Shown here: piece after piece, positions 12,491 to 24,857 of the stretch | Numbering within the stretch: position 1 is the stretch's first letter | Layout: the number at the start of each line of letters is the position of its first letter | Origin: Mobula hypostoma | Lineage: Eukaryota | Assembly (NCBI RefSeq): GCF_963921235.1 | Contig: NC_086109.1 | Span: forward strand, 1,426,001 to 1,490,000 | DNA length: 64,000 nt | Direction: 5' to 3' | The notes under the pieces: generated by a model | What the model was told of the DNA's origin: nothing | Seen by the model: only the letters and a program-made list of their open reading frames with translations | Database searches by the model: none | Program-made: the position numbers and the translations under genes

Positions 12491-12864
12491 AGTCTGCAAA
12501 TGGAGTAATTAATTCAGCATTGAGTTTGGTGCAGATATTGTGATCTCAAGGGTTTGGTCCTGTGCTGTACTGTTCCATGTGTGGTGTAGACAAAGATCTC
12601 CACAGGTCTCAGCAAAGTTCTGTCTCCTGTGCAGCAAAGTTGTACTGGATGGAGCAGAGTTTGTGAGGGGTGACTAGAGGGGTCTCAATGGTATTGGAAG
12701 GAAAGCGATGTCGGAGAGTGATAGGAGGAGTGATTTGAGGGGACTGAGGCACTGAGTTGGTGTGACAGGGAGATTTCCCCAGCCTGAGGTGGGATGGAGA
12801 CACTAATCCCATGTCTTGGGGAGTGTGAGGATGGTATTAATCATGGAATCTTCTCTCTTTCCAG

Positions 12865-13064
12865 ATACAGTACCTGATAAAATAACAACACCATGCACAG
12901 CAGCACACAGTACAACGAAAACAGATGGGAAAATAAATAATATGTCAGGAGACGGTTCAAAGGTAAGAGAGCGGAATACAGCAATGCCATTGGTACCTCA
13001 GAAAATGAGTCTACTGGTCGGACTGGCAGTGATGGTAACCCTCCTGATTTCCCTCTCGCTGTGA
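12865..13064 (+). CDS. Probable terminal coding exon of an unidentified GPI-anchored or tail-anchored surface protein
   Basis: Acceptor ttctctctttccag ending at 12864; phase-1 frame encodes a T/S-rich stalk, then NTA, a spacer and the hydrophobic tail SLLVGLAVMVTLLISLSL-stop; non-repetitive; AATAAA at 13570-13575. Confidence 0.6.
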
Positions 13065-13569
13065 TTAGCTTCGTCCTGCAGAAGAAAGAAGAGCTGCAGG
13101 AAGGGAACCGTCTTCAGGCACCGAGGATGACTAGATCTGACACACAGTCCGTGTGGGTGGTGGTTGGTGGAGGTGGGGGGGGAGAGGGTGGGGCAGGGTA
13201 GGATTGGGAGGATGGTGACATTGGGGAATGGAGGGAGGGTTTAGATGGGGACTGATTGGGGAAGGGTTCATGACTGTTGGACTGTTGTTGTTCAACTTTC
13301 TTTGTATTTACTTCCATTTTTTAAAATCGCTTGTTGGTTTGTAAACTTTTAGTAACTTGTAGTATATTTGGCTTTTCCTGTATACCTGGTCTAAAAACTT
13401 GAAGTGTAACTCAGAGAGCACCTGTTCACAGGTTATTATGAGAAGATTCCCTTTTCGAACCTGTGACACCAATTTTCAGATCATGAGGACATGTTCTCAT
13501 TTCTTTGGAGCCTTGCCTTGCTTGCTGCTACAGGCTGAACATTTCTGACATGTACTATGATCAGCATCT

Positions 13570-13575
13570 AATAAA
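13570..13575 (+). terminator. Candidate polyadenylation signal of the plus-strand gene
   Basis: AATAAA about 500 nt after the stop, at the end of the unique block. Confidence 0.4.
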
Positions 13576-13599
13576 GTGTAAAGTGACTAACGAAAGATT

Positions 13600-13900
13600 T
13601 CCACCTCAGTCTTGACTTTCAAAGAACGTTATGGACACCATTATCTCCAGGTTGAACAACTTGCCATAGTCAGCAGGATTATTGAGAGGATTTCCGTTGA
13701 CAGCCCTTTCTACCCTCACACCACACTCTGAATAAAAAGTTTCCCCCTACGTTTCCATTAAACATTTCAACTTTCACATTTAACCCATGATATCTAGTTC
13801 TAGTCTCGTCTAACCTCAGTAGGAAAAGCCTACTATATCCCTTATAATTTTGTCTACCTCTATCAAATCTCCCCTCATTCACCTACACTCCATGGAATAA
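13600..13900 (-). mobile_element. Degenerate CR1 3' fragment
   Basis: ORF 13679-13882 resembles the CR1 C-terminus (TRTRYHGLNVKVEMFNGNVGGNFLFRV). Confidence 0.6.
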
Positions 13901-13919
13901 GGACTGAGGTAGTGTTCAG

Positions 13920-15500
13920 GGGTTCAATGTCTATTTAGGAATCGGATGGCAGAGGGGAAGAAGCTGTTCCTGAATCGCTGACTGTGTGCCTTCAGGTTTC
14001 TGTATCTCCTACCTGATGGTAACAGTGAGAAAAGGGCATGCCCTGGGTGCTGGAGGTCCTTAATAATGGATGCTGCCTTTCTGAGACACCAGTCCTTGAA
14101 GGTGTCCAGGGTACTTTGTAGGCTAGTACCCAAGATGGAGCCGACTAAATATATGACCCTCTGCAGCTTCTTTCTGTCTTGTTCAGTAGCCCCACCACCA
14201 ACCCCCCCCCCCGTGCTAGACAGTGATGCAGTCATCAGAATGCTCTCCACAGTACATTTATAGAAGTTTTTGTGTATTTTTGTTGACATACCAAATCTCT
14301 TCAAACTCCTAATGAAGTATATTAACTGTCTTGCCTTCTTTATAGCCGATCGATATCTTGGGACCAGGTTAGGTCCGCAAAGATCTTGACAGCCAGGAAC
14401 TTGAAACTGCTCACTCTCTCCACTTCTGATCCCTCTATGAGGATCGGTATGTGTTCCTTTGTCTTACCCTTCTTGAAGTCCACAATCAGCTCTTTTGTCT
14501 TTACTGACGTTGAGTGCCAGGCTGATGTTGTGACACCACTCCACTATTTCGTATATCTCGCTCTTGTACGTCCTCTCTTCTCCATCTGAGAATCTACCAA
14601 CAATGGCTGTATCATCAGCAAATTTATAGATGGTATTTGAGCTATGCCTAGCCACACAGTCATAGGTATAGAGAGAGTAGAGCAGTGGGCTAAGCACACA
14701 CCCCTGAGGTGCACCAGTATGAGGAGGAGGTAATATCACCAATCAGCACAGATTGTGGTTTTCCAGTTAGGAAATCGAGGATCCAATTGCAGAGGAAGAT
14801 ACAGAGCCCCAGGTTCTGTAACTTAACAAGTAAGAGTGTGGGAATGATGGTATTAAATGCTGAGCCATTGTCAATGAACAGCATCCTGACATAGGTGTTT
14901 GTGTTGTCTAGGTGGTCTAAAGCCATGTGGAGAGCCATTGAGGATGCATCTGCCATTGACCTAGTGGCAATAGGCAAATTGCAATGGGTCCAGGTCCTTG
15001 CTGAGGCAGGAGTTCAGTCTAGTCATGACCAACCTCTCAAAGCATTTCATCACTGTCGATGTGAGTGCTACCAGGCAATAGTCGTTAAGGCAGCTCACGT
15101 TATTCTTCTTAAGCACTGGTACAATTGTTGCCTTTTTGAACCAGTAGCCCTTGAATACTCCCACTAGTTGGTTGGCACAGGTTTTCAGAGCCTTACTAGG
15201 TACTCCCTCGGGACCTTACACCTTATGAGGGTTCACTCTCTTTAAAGGCAGCCTAACGTTGGCCTCTGAGATGGAGATCACAGGGTCTTCAAGTGCAGAA
15301 GGGATCTTCACAGCTGTAGTTATATTCTCCCTTTCAAAGCGGGCATAGAAGGCATTGAGTTCATCTGGTAGTGAAGCATCGCTGCCATTCATGCTGTTGG
15401 GTTTCACTTTGTAGGAAGTAAAGTCTTGCAGTCCCTGCCAGAGGTGTCGTACATCTGATGTCACCTCCAACCTGGTTTGAAATTGTCTCTTCACCCTTGA
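13920..15500 (-). mobile_element. Rex1/Babar-like LINE, degenerate ORF2
   Basis: ORFs with [66 protein letters not shown]. Confidence 0.88.
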
Positions 15501-16389
15501 AATTGCCCTTTACAAGTCATACCTGGTTTTCTGGTACAGACCTCATTTGTTCCTTGTTACCAGAACCAGCTATGCACTTTCTTCTTGCTTCATCAGGGCC
15601 TGAATATCCTTCAACAACATGGTTCCCTAAAACTGTCAGCTTTGCCTTTTATCCTGACAAGAACATACAAACTCTGCTCTCCAACTTCCCATTTAGAAAT
15701 CCTCCCACTAACCATGCTTGCCTTTGCCAGAAAACAACCTGCCCCAATCTGCACTTTCTATATTCATCCTGATAGCAATAAAACTGGCCTTTATCCAATT
15801 TATAACCTCAATGTGGGGGTGACACCTAACCTTTTCCATCATTAACTTGAAGCTAATGGAATTGTGATCTCAAGATCCAAATGGGTTTCCTTGCCTTAGC
15901 ACCTCCCCTGTCTCATTCCCTCATTGGAGATCCAGTATCACATCCTCTCTAGTTGAGACCTTTAGAAATATAGATGCTTTATTGATCCCAAAGGAAATTG
16001 CAGTGTCACAGTAGCATTATGTGTGCATAGAAGAGAAGTGAGAAAGAATAAAAAGATAAGTCACCTTAAAAATATGATGTACAAGATTTACTAATCAAAG
16101 ATTACAAGATTTGCAAGGTTTCCAAGCTCACACTGATAAGATGGCAGTGCAAGAATTACTGTAATATTATACAGTAACGGTGCGCATTCACACTGTCCAG
16201 ATAAGAACTGATGGTAGTACTGCACAGTATTGCACAGGGTGTCTGCGATAGCAGTGTGTGGTAAACAGAACTAAAAAGAATTTAAGCAGAGCTCTGGCAA
16301 ACAGTGGTTAATAACAGTCTAATAGGAGGGAGTCATCATTTCTCCAGCTATAGGTTGACTCATTATAGAGCCTAATGGACAAGGGTAAG

Positions 16390-17480
16390 AATGACCTCAT
16401 ATAGCGCTCTCTGGAGCAGCAGTTGTCTTAGTCTATTACTGAAAGTGCTCCTCTGTTCAGCCAAGGTGAGAAACAATGTCCAGAATTGCTGGGATTTTCT
16501 GAAGGGTCTTTGGTTCTGCCACAGCCTCCAGTGTGTCAAGTTTGATTCCTATAACAGAGCCAGCCTTTCTGATCAGTTTATTGAGCCTGTTGGCATCACC
16601 CGTGTTGATGCCATTGCCCCAGCACACCACCGCATAGAAGGTTGTACTGGTGACAACAGGTTGGTGGAACATGTGAAAAAGAGGCCTGCATACACCAAAG
16701 GACCTCATTCTCCTCAGGAAGTAGAGGTAACACTGGACCTTCTTATACACAGCCTCTGCTCCATTCAAGTCTGTCATCCATGTGCACCCCCAGGTACTTG
16801 TAGGTCCTCACCACATCCACATCCTCACCATCAATAGTAACAGGAAGCAATGCAGCTTGGTTTTCCTAAAGTCTCTCACCATCTTCTTTGTCCTACTGAT
16901 GCTGAGCTGCAGATGATTCAGCTTGCACCATTTGGCAAAGTTCTCTTAGGGCTCTGTGTTCATTTTCCTGTCCTTCCTTTATACACCCAACTATTGCTGA
17001 GTCATCAGAGAGTTTCTGCAGATGACATGGCTTGAGGGTAAACAGGAAGGGAGCCAATACAGTCCCATGTCTGACACAGCTCTGAAGCCGCACAAATGAT
17101 GGTCTTCCAGTCAGGTAGCCCATTATCTAGGATACAATGGAAGTGCCAACCTGCACTGAACGGAGCTCTCCCCCCAACAATGAGGGCTGTATGGTATTGA
17201 AGGCACTTGACAAAGCAAAAAACATGATTGTCACAGTGCTTCCCTGCTTATCCAAATGGGAGTAGGCTCTGCTCAGCAGGTAGATGACAGCATCATCGAC
17301 TTCAATGTGCTCCTGGTAAGCAAACTGTAAGGGATCGAAGGCTGATCTGACCAGAGGTCAGAGGTGAGTCAGGACCAGCTTCTCTAGCATTTTCATGATG
17401 TGTGAAGTCAGGCCACTGGACGGCACTCATTTGAGTCTTTCTGTCGGCCCTTCTTGGGTACAGTACTGGGACCACGCATG
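16390..17480 (-). mobile_element. Rex1/Babar-like LINE fragment (second subfamily)
   Basis: GTVLAPFLFTL, KLSDDSAIVGCI, LYFLRRMRSFGV, DANRLNKLIRKAGSVIG. Confidence 0.8.
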
Positions 17481-18322
17481 ATGTTTTCAACACAGATGAG
17501 ACTCTTTCCAGGCTGAAACATATATTGATTAAGGAAACATTACTGAAAACTTTTAAGAGACTCTATTGCATCCATCAATTTTACAGTATGGGAGTCGGAG
17601 TCAACATGTGGAAAGTTAAAAATTGCCTACTATAACAACCTTACGTGTCTTGCAATTGCTTGCCTCAGAATAGAGTGATCTCCACTTAGAACCAAAATGG
17701 GGAGGAATTTCTTGAGTCAGAAGTCATGAGTCAGTGGAATTTATTGCCACAGGTGGCTTTGGAGGCCATATCACCGGGTATATTAAAGGTAGAAGCTAAT
17801 AAATTCTTGATTAGTCAGGGCATGAAGGGTTACAGGGAGAAGGCAGGAGGCCAGTGCTGAGGGGGAATTGGATCAGAGATGATGAAATGGTAGAGCAGGC
17901 TCAATGGGCCAAATGGCCTAATTCTACTCCTATGTCTTTTGGTCATATGGTCTTTCTACAAAAATGCTTTTCTATAATACTATCCGGTGGCCTACAATTT
18001 AATGCCGTTAGCCTTTTGTTAATTCCCTACCACTGACGTGCGGCTACTGGCTTATAATTTCCTGTATTATCCCTCTTGTCCTTCTTAAACAAAGGACAGT
18101 ATTGGCTAATCTTTATTCTTCTGGTTACTTGAATTTTGCTGTTGGGGATAAAGGATCTTCATAACAGCCCCACAATATCATCGCCCCTTTCCATAATTTG
18201 GGATATATCTTATCATGCTCTGGGGAACTAAAGAAGTGCCTTAATGTTCTTCAAGAGCCTCAGTACTACTTCCTTCATGAAATAAAAATGCCCCGATACA
18301 ATAACACCTCTCCACTACCCTC

Positions 18323-19047
18323 TGTCACGGTCCGGTCCATTGACTCCTCATTTCAGTTAATTTCCTTTTCCTCATGTTCTACCGAACTCCTTGATTAGGG
18401 CACCTGATCCTCATCTGAACCAGCAGCATAAAAACTCCAGCTTACATCTACTCGGGGCTGGCCATCACACCGCAGCCCGTGCGGCAATGCGCGTTCCGGG
18501 CCACCAAGAATGGACTCCTCAGCCAGTGAAGCAATGCACATTCTGGGCTGCCGAGAATAGTGGACTCTAAGTTGCTTCGGTGCCTGGGGTTGCTCGGGAA
18601 TTCTGTCTCTTTGTGTTCAGCTGACTGATTACCGGCCATATGCCGCTTCATGTGCTATTCCGTATCAAAATATGAATTGTCTGTCATTGTTGGTTTTGTC
18701 GTCTTGTGTCCAGCTGAGTTTGCAAGCCGTTTGCTGCTGCTCTCAGCCAAGATACAAATTGTCTGTATTTGTTTGGTTTTGTCGTCATGGTCCAAGTCCA
18801 GTCCAAGTCCAGGCACCGTGTCCAAGTCAAGTCCAAGTCCAAGTCCAGGTTCTGTATCTGTGTCCAATCTAGGTTCCGAGTCCAAGTCCAGGCTCCTCTG
18901 GTTTGTTGTCCAATGTTCACGTCCACGTAAGCATCTAATCCTTGCTCTCTGGCTTTCCTTGCAACTATTAATAAACACACACCTGTTAATGTTACCCCGG
19001 GGTCTGTGTCCTGCACTTGGGTTCACTCCCCAGCGCCCCATTGTAAC
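18323..19047 (+). mobile_element. Solo LTR (725 bp)
   Basis: Termini TGTCAC...TGTAACA; internal AATAAA near 18968; gtccaagtc tandem motifs; flanks ccctc/tcctc (4 of 5 match). Confidence 0.75.
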
Positions 19048-19179
19048 ATCCTCTCCCTGTCCTCCACACGCTTCTCCTTGGTAAGTACTGACACAGTGAT
19101 CGTTTATCACCTCAAGGCTGCATGCTGAGCCCCCTGTTCTACTCTCAGTGTGTTGAAGCACAAACTCCATTGACTGATG

Positions 19180-19720
19180 ACACCATTGTTTCAAAAATCA
19201 CAGGTGACAGTGAGTCAGTTTACCAGAGTGAGATAGGATACCCGATACAGCAACCTCTCATTCAACATGAATAAAACTAACAAACTGATTCACGAGCTGG
19301 AAGGAGGCTGACCATGTGCTAGAATACATTGGTGGCTCGGCTTTGAATAGAGTGAACAGCTTTAAGTTCTCGGTTATTAGTACACTGGATGAACTGTCCT
19401 GGGCCAACACAGAAATGCAATCACCAAGAAGGAGCACCTCCCCCTCTATTTTCTCAAAAGGTTAAGGACACCCAAATAAACCCCTTTGGGTGTATTTTTG
19501 AGAGTTTTTGAACTGATGGTGTCATGGTCTGAGATAGCAGAATGCCCAGCAATGTAAGAAGTTGCAGAGAGTGGCTCACCCCTCCCCACCACCGGTGGCA
19601 TCTACACAAGGTACTGCCTCAAGAAGGCAACATTCATAATGGAAGAACCTTACCATCAGGTTCAAGAACAGTCACTTCACTTCAGCCATTTGGTTCTTGA
19701 ACCAACGTGCACAACCACAC
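19180..19720 (+). mobile_element. Highly degenerate Rex-like fragment
   Basis: agagtgaacagctttaagttc, ctctattttctcaaaaggttaagg and aggttcaagaacagtcacttc resemble Rex RT 3' sequence. Confidence 0.5.
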
Positions 19721-20697
19721 AAAGGCAACACAACAATTACTTTGTACCAGAATGGACTTCATTCAGTTTTTTTTGCTTTGTCTAAATGGGTTATTTTTAT
19801 AACTTGCATATGTTTTCTTGTAAATCTTGTGAATATGAAGCTGTATATGCCCCAGTGATGCTGCTACAAATGTTTTTCATTGCTTCTGTGCATAAATGCA
19901 CTTCTGCAAATTACAATAAAGTCAATTTTTACTCTGAGCTGCCAGTTCAGATTCATAATCGGTTTCTCCATTGAAGACATAGGCTGAAGCGGACCTGGGG
20001 GGAGCACGGCAATGCGGACCCTGTAGGATAAATTAAGAGCAGGTCTGGGTTTATAGAATTGGCAAGAACGCGAGCGGCGAACAAAACGGATCGATACTGT
20101 ACTGCGAGAATTTGCGAGTGAGGACAGCCTAAAATTGGAAGCACCGAGAGAGCGAGGTGATTGAAGGTGCCAAGAGAGCAGAGCGAAAAATAATGCAAGG
20201 AATTGACAAGCCTGATATGAAGAGCACGCGGAGCCGGATGTTGCACCGGAATCAGAATAAGATCATGTGAAAAGAGATCTGGTAGCGCATCGTGATGAAA
20301 TAGACAACTTGGGCCGAGCGAATTGACAGAACTAAGGAATCGATGGCCGGCAGCAAGGCCTCACGAGTTAGTGCTAGTTGTGTTAAAATACCAACAAATA
20401 TTCAGTGCTGGCCATAATTAACAAAGTGCCGTGATGTCTCAGTATTGCTGTAATATAATACTAATAAATTAAATTTTGAAATTAAAATGGATGTGCATAT
20501 TAATCATTAAAACCTCTTGTCAGCCCACAGCAACCTCTCAGGTGAACATAAAAGGACGAGCCCTGTATCCGGTTCCGCTTCAACTTCAGCCTTGCGACGT
20601 CGCAGCCTCTGCGGCGCTGTGCTCTGCCCGTCATCGCTGCGCTGTGAATGGATCGCTGGTCTGCTCTCGCAACGCTCTCTTCCGTGCTGCTGCTGCC

Positions 20698-20766
20698 TGC
20701 CCATCCCATTCCTTCTCACCTTGCCCATCCCATTCCTGCTCCCCTTGCCCATCCCACTGCTGCTGC
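20698..20766. repeat. 24-bp tandem repeat, about 3 copies, in a CpG-rich block
   Basis: Units tgcccatcccattcc(t/c)... start at 20698, 20722 and 20746. Confidence 0.85.
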
Positions 20767-21453
20767 CAGGCGTCGGGGCGAAATTGCGGCAAAGCAAGGA
20801 TAAAAATGGCCCCCGGGGTGAAACATGAGCAGCGAGTAACCCGGACCCGCGGAGTGGGGAAGGGAGAGCCGTGCATGGCGAAGGAAGACAGGCAGATGTG
20901 TTGCATCTGGCAACGTGAGGAACTGGGAGGCCGGAATTGACCGTGAAGACAGAAGCAGTACGAGAAAAATTGATTAGAGGGCAGCGGTCGCAGACAGTGG
21001 CGATACTCAACAAAGGACAAGGGTGGGCCATCTGCAGAATGAAGTTGAGGCGGACCAGGAAGGAACATGGCAATATGGACTTTATACAGTGACTGCCTTT
21101 TTAGAATTGGTAGACACTTTTACAACAGTATCTTGTTCTCGTGGTATTGATTGCAATGTACTGCAAATGAAATACATTTCTCAAATGAAATTCAACCTTA
21201 AGTGAAATATATAGCTTCGCAGCCTCAAATGTTTGTTCCATTTCTGGGCTCCATTCAAAGGTCGCCATTTTTCCAGTCGCTTTGTATAGAGGTTTTTAGC
21301 AGGGACGTTCTCTGTGGCATCTGCATCCTCCCATAGCCAAATAACCTCACAAACCTTTCTGTTTCTTGCTTATTGGTGGCGGTAGCTAGTTCAGCTATCT
21401 TGTTTTGTACTTTACCCAGGATCGCTTGATGTTCCCAGATACTCAAATATTGT

Positions 21454-21584
21454 CTCGAAGGGTCTCGACCTGAAACGTCGACTGTGCCTCTTCCTAGAGA
21501 TGCTGCCTGGCCTGCTGCGTTCACCAGCAACTTTGATGTGTGTTGCTTGAATTTCCAGCATCTGCAGAATTCCTCGTGTTTGCG
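21454..21584 (+). mobile_element. 131-bp Penelope terminal-repeat insertion with a 14-bp TSD
   Basis: TACTCAAATATTGT at 21440-21453 and 21585-21598; insert nearly identical to 47204-47330. Confidence 0.9.
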
Positions 21585-22333
21585 TACTCAAATATTGTAT
21601 TGTCTGACTTGGCCCTTGCCCATCCATCCTCTGCCCTTCATGTGACTTACAGCGCTTCCAATTCCCCCTCTTCAGTGGAATTTCTTAGCAAACGTCATCG
21701 ATAAGGTGGGCTACCTGTACATCAGGTGAGGGAGTACATACATCAAGGCCGCACGCGTTCGGTCCTTGACACGGAACAGGGCTGAGCATATGCACCGGAG
21801 GCAATGCGGCGAAGTTGTACCGCCTCTCCTCCCAAGTAAAGAGAAGTTGACTCTGTAATTATGTCGACACGGGAAATGGAGAAAGATGCACTGACCACAT
21901 CTATCACAGCATGTCACTCGTTGTCTCCCGGTGAAATCCTTTACACCAAAGCCGCTATATCCCGGGCGGCAGCAGACAATGAAAGGGCGCGTTTATTCTT
22001 TTGTGATCATTAACTCTCATTCCTGAGTTGCAGTCTGATTTCTTCGGTGGCCAGACAAGATGGTTATGCACTGAGGTTATAAACTGATCATATCTTGTTT
22101 TACTGGCTGCACTCTGGTTCCAGAGACATTCGAGTGTCCTTCCGGTATCCTATACTGCTCCATATTCCACGGTGCAGAGGTGGAATGGGAAGGAGCATGA
22201 CGAGGAGCTCGCATTTTGCTAATCCCGCTAAAACAGTTTCCTTTAGAATGACAACTCTTCATTTCGCCAATTTACTGTGCACCGTTTGTTCCAAGAGATG
22301 AGGCTAACAATGTTCGGCTTCCGTCAGCGATCC

Positions 22334-22346
22334 CTTCCTAGGCAAC
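22334..22346. promoter_or_regulatory. Possible RFX X-box
   Basis: cttcctaggcaac: strong GGCAAC half-site, imperfect second half, in a CpG-rich unique region. Confidence 0.3.
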
Positions 22347-22489
22347 GTTGTTTCTCATGCCTTCATTATAGACCCGCATAACCGGCATCAGGGGTCTGGA
22401 ATGCTGGTCGGGGTTTCCACTGATAACCGGGTGTTCACCGCCCCTGTCTAACGGACTGCTCCTACCCCATCATCTTAAAATGATTAAAA

Positions 22490-23306
22490 ACATGAGAAAA
22501 TCTGAAGATCCTGGAAATCCGAGCAACACACACAAAATGCTGGAGGAACTCATGGTGGCGATTAGAAAAAGGGGAGGTGCAACGAGACCTGGGTGCCATT
22601 GTACAGCAGTCATTGAAAGTGGGCATGCAGGTACAGCAGGCGGTGAAAAAGGCGAATGGTATGCTGGCATTTATAGCAAGAGGATTCGAGTACAGGAGCA
22701 GGGAGGTACTACTGCAGTTGTACAAGGCCTTGGTGAGACCACACCTGGAGTGTGCAGTTTTGGTCCCCTAATCTGAGGAAAGACATCCTTGCCATAGAGG
22801 GAGTACAAAGAAGGTTCACCAGATTGATTCCTGGGATGGCAGGACTTTCATATGATGAAAGACTGGATGAACTAGGCTTATACTCGTTGGGAATTCAGAA
22901 GATTGAGGGGAGATCTGATTGAATCGTATAAAATCCTAAAGGGATTGGACAGGCTAGATGCAGGAAGATTGTTCCCGATGTTGGGGAAGTCCAGAACGAG
23001 GGGTCACAGTTTGAGGATAAAGAGGAAGCCTTTTAGGACCGAGATGAGGAAAAGCTTCTTCACACAGAGAGTGGTGAATCTGTGGAATTCTCTGCCACAG
23101 GAAACAGTTGAGGCCAGTTCATTTGCTATATTTAAGAGGGAGTTAGATATAGCCCTTGTGGCTAAAGGGATCAGGGGGTATGGAGGGAAGGCTGGTACAG
23201 GGTTCTGAGTTGGATGATCAGCCATGATCATACTGAATGGCGGTGCAGGCTCGAAGGACCGAATGGCCTACTCCTGCACCTATGTTTCTATGTTTCTATG
23301 TTTCTA
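22490..23306 (+). mobile_element. 5'-truncated CR1 (same family as 6473-10706), preceded by a short PLE fragment at 22490-22550
   Basis: ORFs 22577-22771 and 22903-23208; (tatgtttc)n tail at 23281-23305. Confidence 0.92.
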
Positions 23307-23309
23307 ACT

Positions 23310-24160
23310 CAATAGGACAGGCAGCATCTAGGAAGAGTACAGTCGACGTGTCGGGACGATACCCCACGGCAGGACTGGAGAAAAAAAGCTGAGGAATGGA
23401 TTTAAAAGGTCGGGGTGGGAGGGGAGGGAACAAGGTGATAGGTGAAACCTGGAGGGGGAGGATGTAATAAAGAGCTGGGAAGCTGATTGGCGAAAGAAGC
23501 AGAGGCCATGGAAGGAAGGAAAAAAGGGGGAGGAACACCAGAGGGAGGCGATGGACGGGAAGGAGATACGGTGAGAGGGGGAAAAGGGGATGGGGAATGG
23601 TGAAGGGGGGTGAGGTGGGGTGGGGTGGGGTGGGGTGGGAGGGCATTACCGGAAGTTCGAGAATCGATGCTCATGCCATCAGGTTGGAGGCTACCCAGAC
23701 GGAATATAAGGCGTTGCTCCTCCAACCTAAGTGTGGCCTCATCACGACAATGGAGGAGGCCGTGGATGGACATATCAGAATGGGAATGGGAAGTGGAATT
23801 AATATGGATGGCCACTGATCCCGCTTGTTCTGGCGGCGGTATCCTAATCTACATCGGGTCTCGCCCATATACAGGAGCACCGGACACAGTATATGACCAC
23901 AACAGCCTCACAAGTGAAGTGTCATCTCACCTGGAAGGACTGTTTGGGGCCTTGACTGGTAGTGAGGAAGGAGTTGAAGGGACAGGTGTAGCACTTGTTC
24001 CGCTTAGAAGGATAACTGCCAGGAGGGAGTTCAGCGGGGAGGAACGAATGGACAAGGGAGTCGCGTAGGAAGCGATCCCGGCGGAAAGCATAAAGTGAGG
24101 GAAGAGGGAAAGATGTGCTTGGTGACGGGATCGCGTTGGAGGTGGCCGATTCTGGAGAAT
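23310..24160 (-). mobile_element. Penelope-like element 3' portion (GIY-YIG and terminal repeat)
   Basis: LLYMGETRCRLG; SIHGLLHCRDEATLRLEEQRLIFRLGSLQPDGMSID. Confidence 0.88.
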
Positions 24161-24349
24161 TACGTGGTGGACGCGGAGGCTAGCAGGTGGTAGGTTGTAA
24201 AGGATTGTTATAAGGTCTGGGGTCCTGCTGGTAGGGAGGCTTTATTGTTCTGACTGCCCGCAGAGTTTCGGGGGCTGCTTTGTTGTCAATTAATTTGCTC
24301 ACCCTTTTATTCACTCAGCCCTGGACATAGATTGTCTATCCATTTGCCT

Positions 24350-24467
24350 CAACTTTTTTTTGTTTAGCGATACAAGGTGGAACAAGGATGCGCCGCCTCA
24401 GCAACCCCCGACAACCCCGGTTTAACCCTAAACTAATCACGGGACAACTTACAAGGACCAATTAACA
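24350..24467 (-). mobile_element. V-SINE (HE1-like), left half; split by the Helitron
   Basis: Matches the intact copy at 53940-54215 and continues at 35257. Confidence 0.75.
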
Positions 24468-24857
24468 TCTGTATCTATATACTGCTAAAACTCTGATGCT
24501 GTCTGTCTGTCTGTTTGTGGCGCAAACAGTGCATGACAGTGGCACTTTTTTTTGGCTAAGTCTAATTAAAATGCGCTAACTTACAGAATGCAGGCAAAAT
24601 TCAGGGTTATATATTCGTATAAAATTGCTCACTCGCCAAAAATCAACAGGCTGCCTTTCACCCGAGACCCCATCGGCCATCATGGACATCGGGAAGCCAC
24701 AGCCCGACGCATGCGCACGGCCAGCCTCAGCGGCGCCTCATGATGCTCACGGCAGCCGCACCAACCGCACCAAAAGGGCAGGGCTTTCACGTCCAGTTCG
24801 GAGAGCACCAACCACATCATCAAGAAACAAATGCATCTTGGAGGCTTTGGTGTTAAA

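Noticed and set aside
21676-21725. Resemblance of WNFLANVIDK to the Cys-loop receptor M4 motif (W..VA.VIDR)
   Set aside because: Too short, no following hydrophobic helix, and the intron position does not fit.
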